Shown in pieces: positions 22,431-23,304 of a stretch of DNA of 23,304 nt. The translations under genes and the position numbers were made by a program. The stretch comes from Amoebidium appalachense (Eukaryota; Protista; Ichthyosporea), in NCBI GenBank assembly GCA_963693365.1, contig CAVNZM010000060.1:1-23304 (forward strand). Reading direction: 5' to 3'. The notes beneath the pieces were generated by a model that was given only the letters and a program-made list of their open reading frames with translations, was not told where the DNA came from and ran no database searches. Position 1 is the stretch's first letter. The number at the start of each line of letters is the position of its first letter.

Positions 22431-22662
22431 AGAGAGAGAGAGAGAGAGAAAAGAGCTAAGTCTACACGAGAGAGAGAGAGAGAGAAAAAAGCTAAGTCTA
22501 CATGAGAGAGAGAGAGAGAGAGAAAAAAGCTAAGTCTACACGAGAGAGAGAGAGAGAGAGAAAAATCTAAGTCTACACGAGAGAGAGAGAGAGAGAAAAA
22601 AGCTAAGTCTACATGAGAGAGAGAGAGAGAGAAAAGAGAGAGAGAGAAAAAAGCTAAGTCTT
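22431..22662 (+). repeat. Minisatellite: six units of AAAA(G/T)CTAAGTCT(ACAY) separated by (GA)n, period mostly about 35-38 bp
   Basis: CTAAGTCT recurs six times between 22456 and 22661. Confidence 0.9.
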
Positions 22663-22667
22663 GACCC

Positions 22668-22952
22668 GGGCAGGGGGGGGGGGGGCAGGCGAGGCACGTG
22701 AGGCAGGGGGGGCACGTGAGGCACGTGAGGCAGGGGGGGCAGGCGAGGCACGTGAGGCAGGTGAGGCACGCGAGGCAGGCGAGGCACGTGAGGCAGGTGA
22801 GGCAGGGGGGCAGGGGGGCAGGCGAGGCAGGGGGGGGGGGGGGGCACGTGAGGCAGGGGGCACGCGGGGCAGGGGGGCACGTGAGGAAGGGGGCACGCGG
22901 GGGGGGGGGGGGGGCACGCGGGCACGTGGGCGCGTGGGGGGGGGGGGGGGGG
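22668..22952 (+). repeat. G-rich minisatellite built from GAGGCACGT / GAGGCAGG / G-run units
   Basis: About eight CACGTG hexamers plus CACGCG variants, interleaved with G-runs. Confidence 0.88.
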
Positions 22953-23304
22953 TGTAAACAGTTGGACTAGTTAGGATAAGGCAGAGTACAACTGAATCAA
23001 AATAAAGACAGAGAACGGGTAGAAAGGCACACGCGGCCAGGTTGCTTTTACTATGGGCCGACTCAGTCTGTCTCAGACTTCACTGATGTGATCCCCGTAC
23101 TGGGACGGCTTTCTTATATAGCCCCCAGGTTTTGGATCAAGGCCCAGGATTGGTTCATCCGCGGCCAGCGCGGGTGGCAACATGCCATTCGTGATTCTGG
23201 TGCGGTCCGAGCCAGTCAGACCTTTGTCCTATTTATGCAAACCTCTTATTGGTTCACTTCGTTTATGTGGTATGCAGCTGAAGAACCATATATGGTTCAA
23301 TTCT

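Noticed and set aside
22431-22662. CRISPR-like repeat-spacer array
   Set aside because: The spacers are just (GA)n, the context is eukaryotic, and there are no cas genes.
14531-22970. Numerous Pro/Gly/His-Thr/Val-Cys-rich ORFs
   Set aside because: They are translations of poly-C/G, (CA)n and (CT)n tracts, or of the GC-rich palindrome and minisatellites.

Overview
Eukaryotic genomic DNA rich in microsatellites and homopolymers. The organism cannot be assigned from this window. The main feature, invisible to the unspliced ORF track, is a predicted 14-exon + strand gene (2098-12790, about 1093 aa) in which all 13 GT-AG introns are phase 1. It encodes a secreted modular protein: signal peptide, seven 6-Cys PAN/Apple-like domains of two types (order A-B-B-B-B-A-A; each B preceded by a 24-nt linker microexon), two Cna-B/prealbumin-fold-like repeats, two SdrD-B-like repeats of the kind known from bacterial surface adhesins, and an acidic then Gly-Asn-Tyr-rich tail. 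The PAN exons lie in near-identical tandem exon+intron cassettes (4 x ~1.28 kb and 2 x 778 bp plus a deleted remnant). Rearrangement junctions are visible, including an orphan acceptor that would give a short PAN-only isoform and an orphan donor. Upstream is a degenerate non-LTR retrotransposon endonuclease fragment bracketed by an inverted duplication. Downstream are a TA-flanked non-autonomous Tc1/mariner-type element (14228-16186), a 28-bp perfect hairpin, a 370-bp GC-rich near-perfect palindrome, minisatellites and several kb of simple-repeat DNA. All exon calls were read by eye from splice signals and frame continuity, without transcript evidence.
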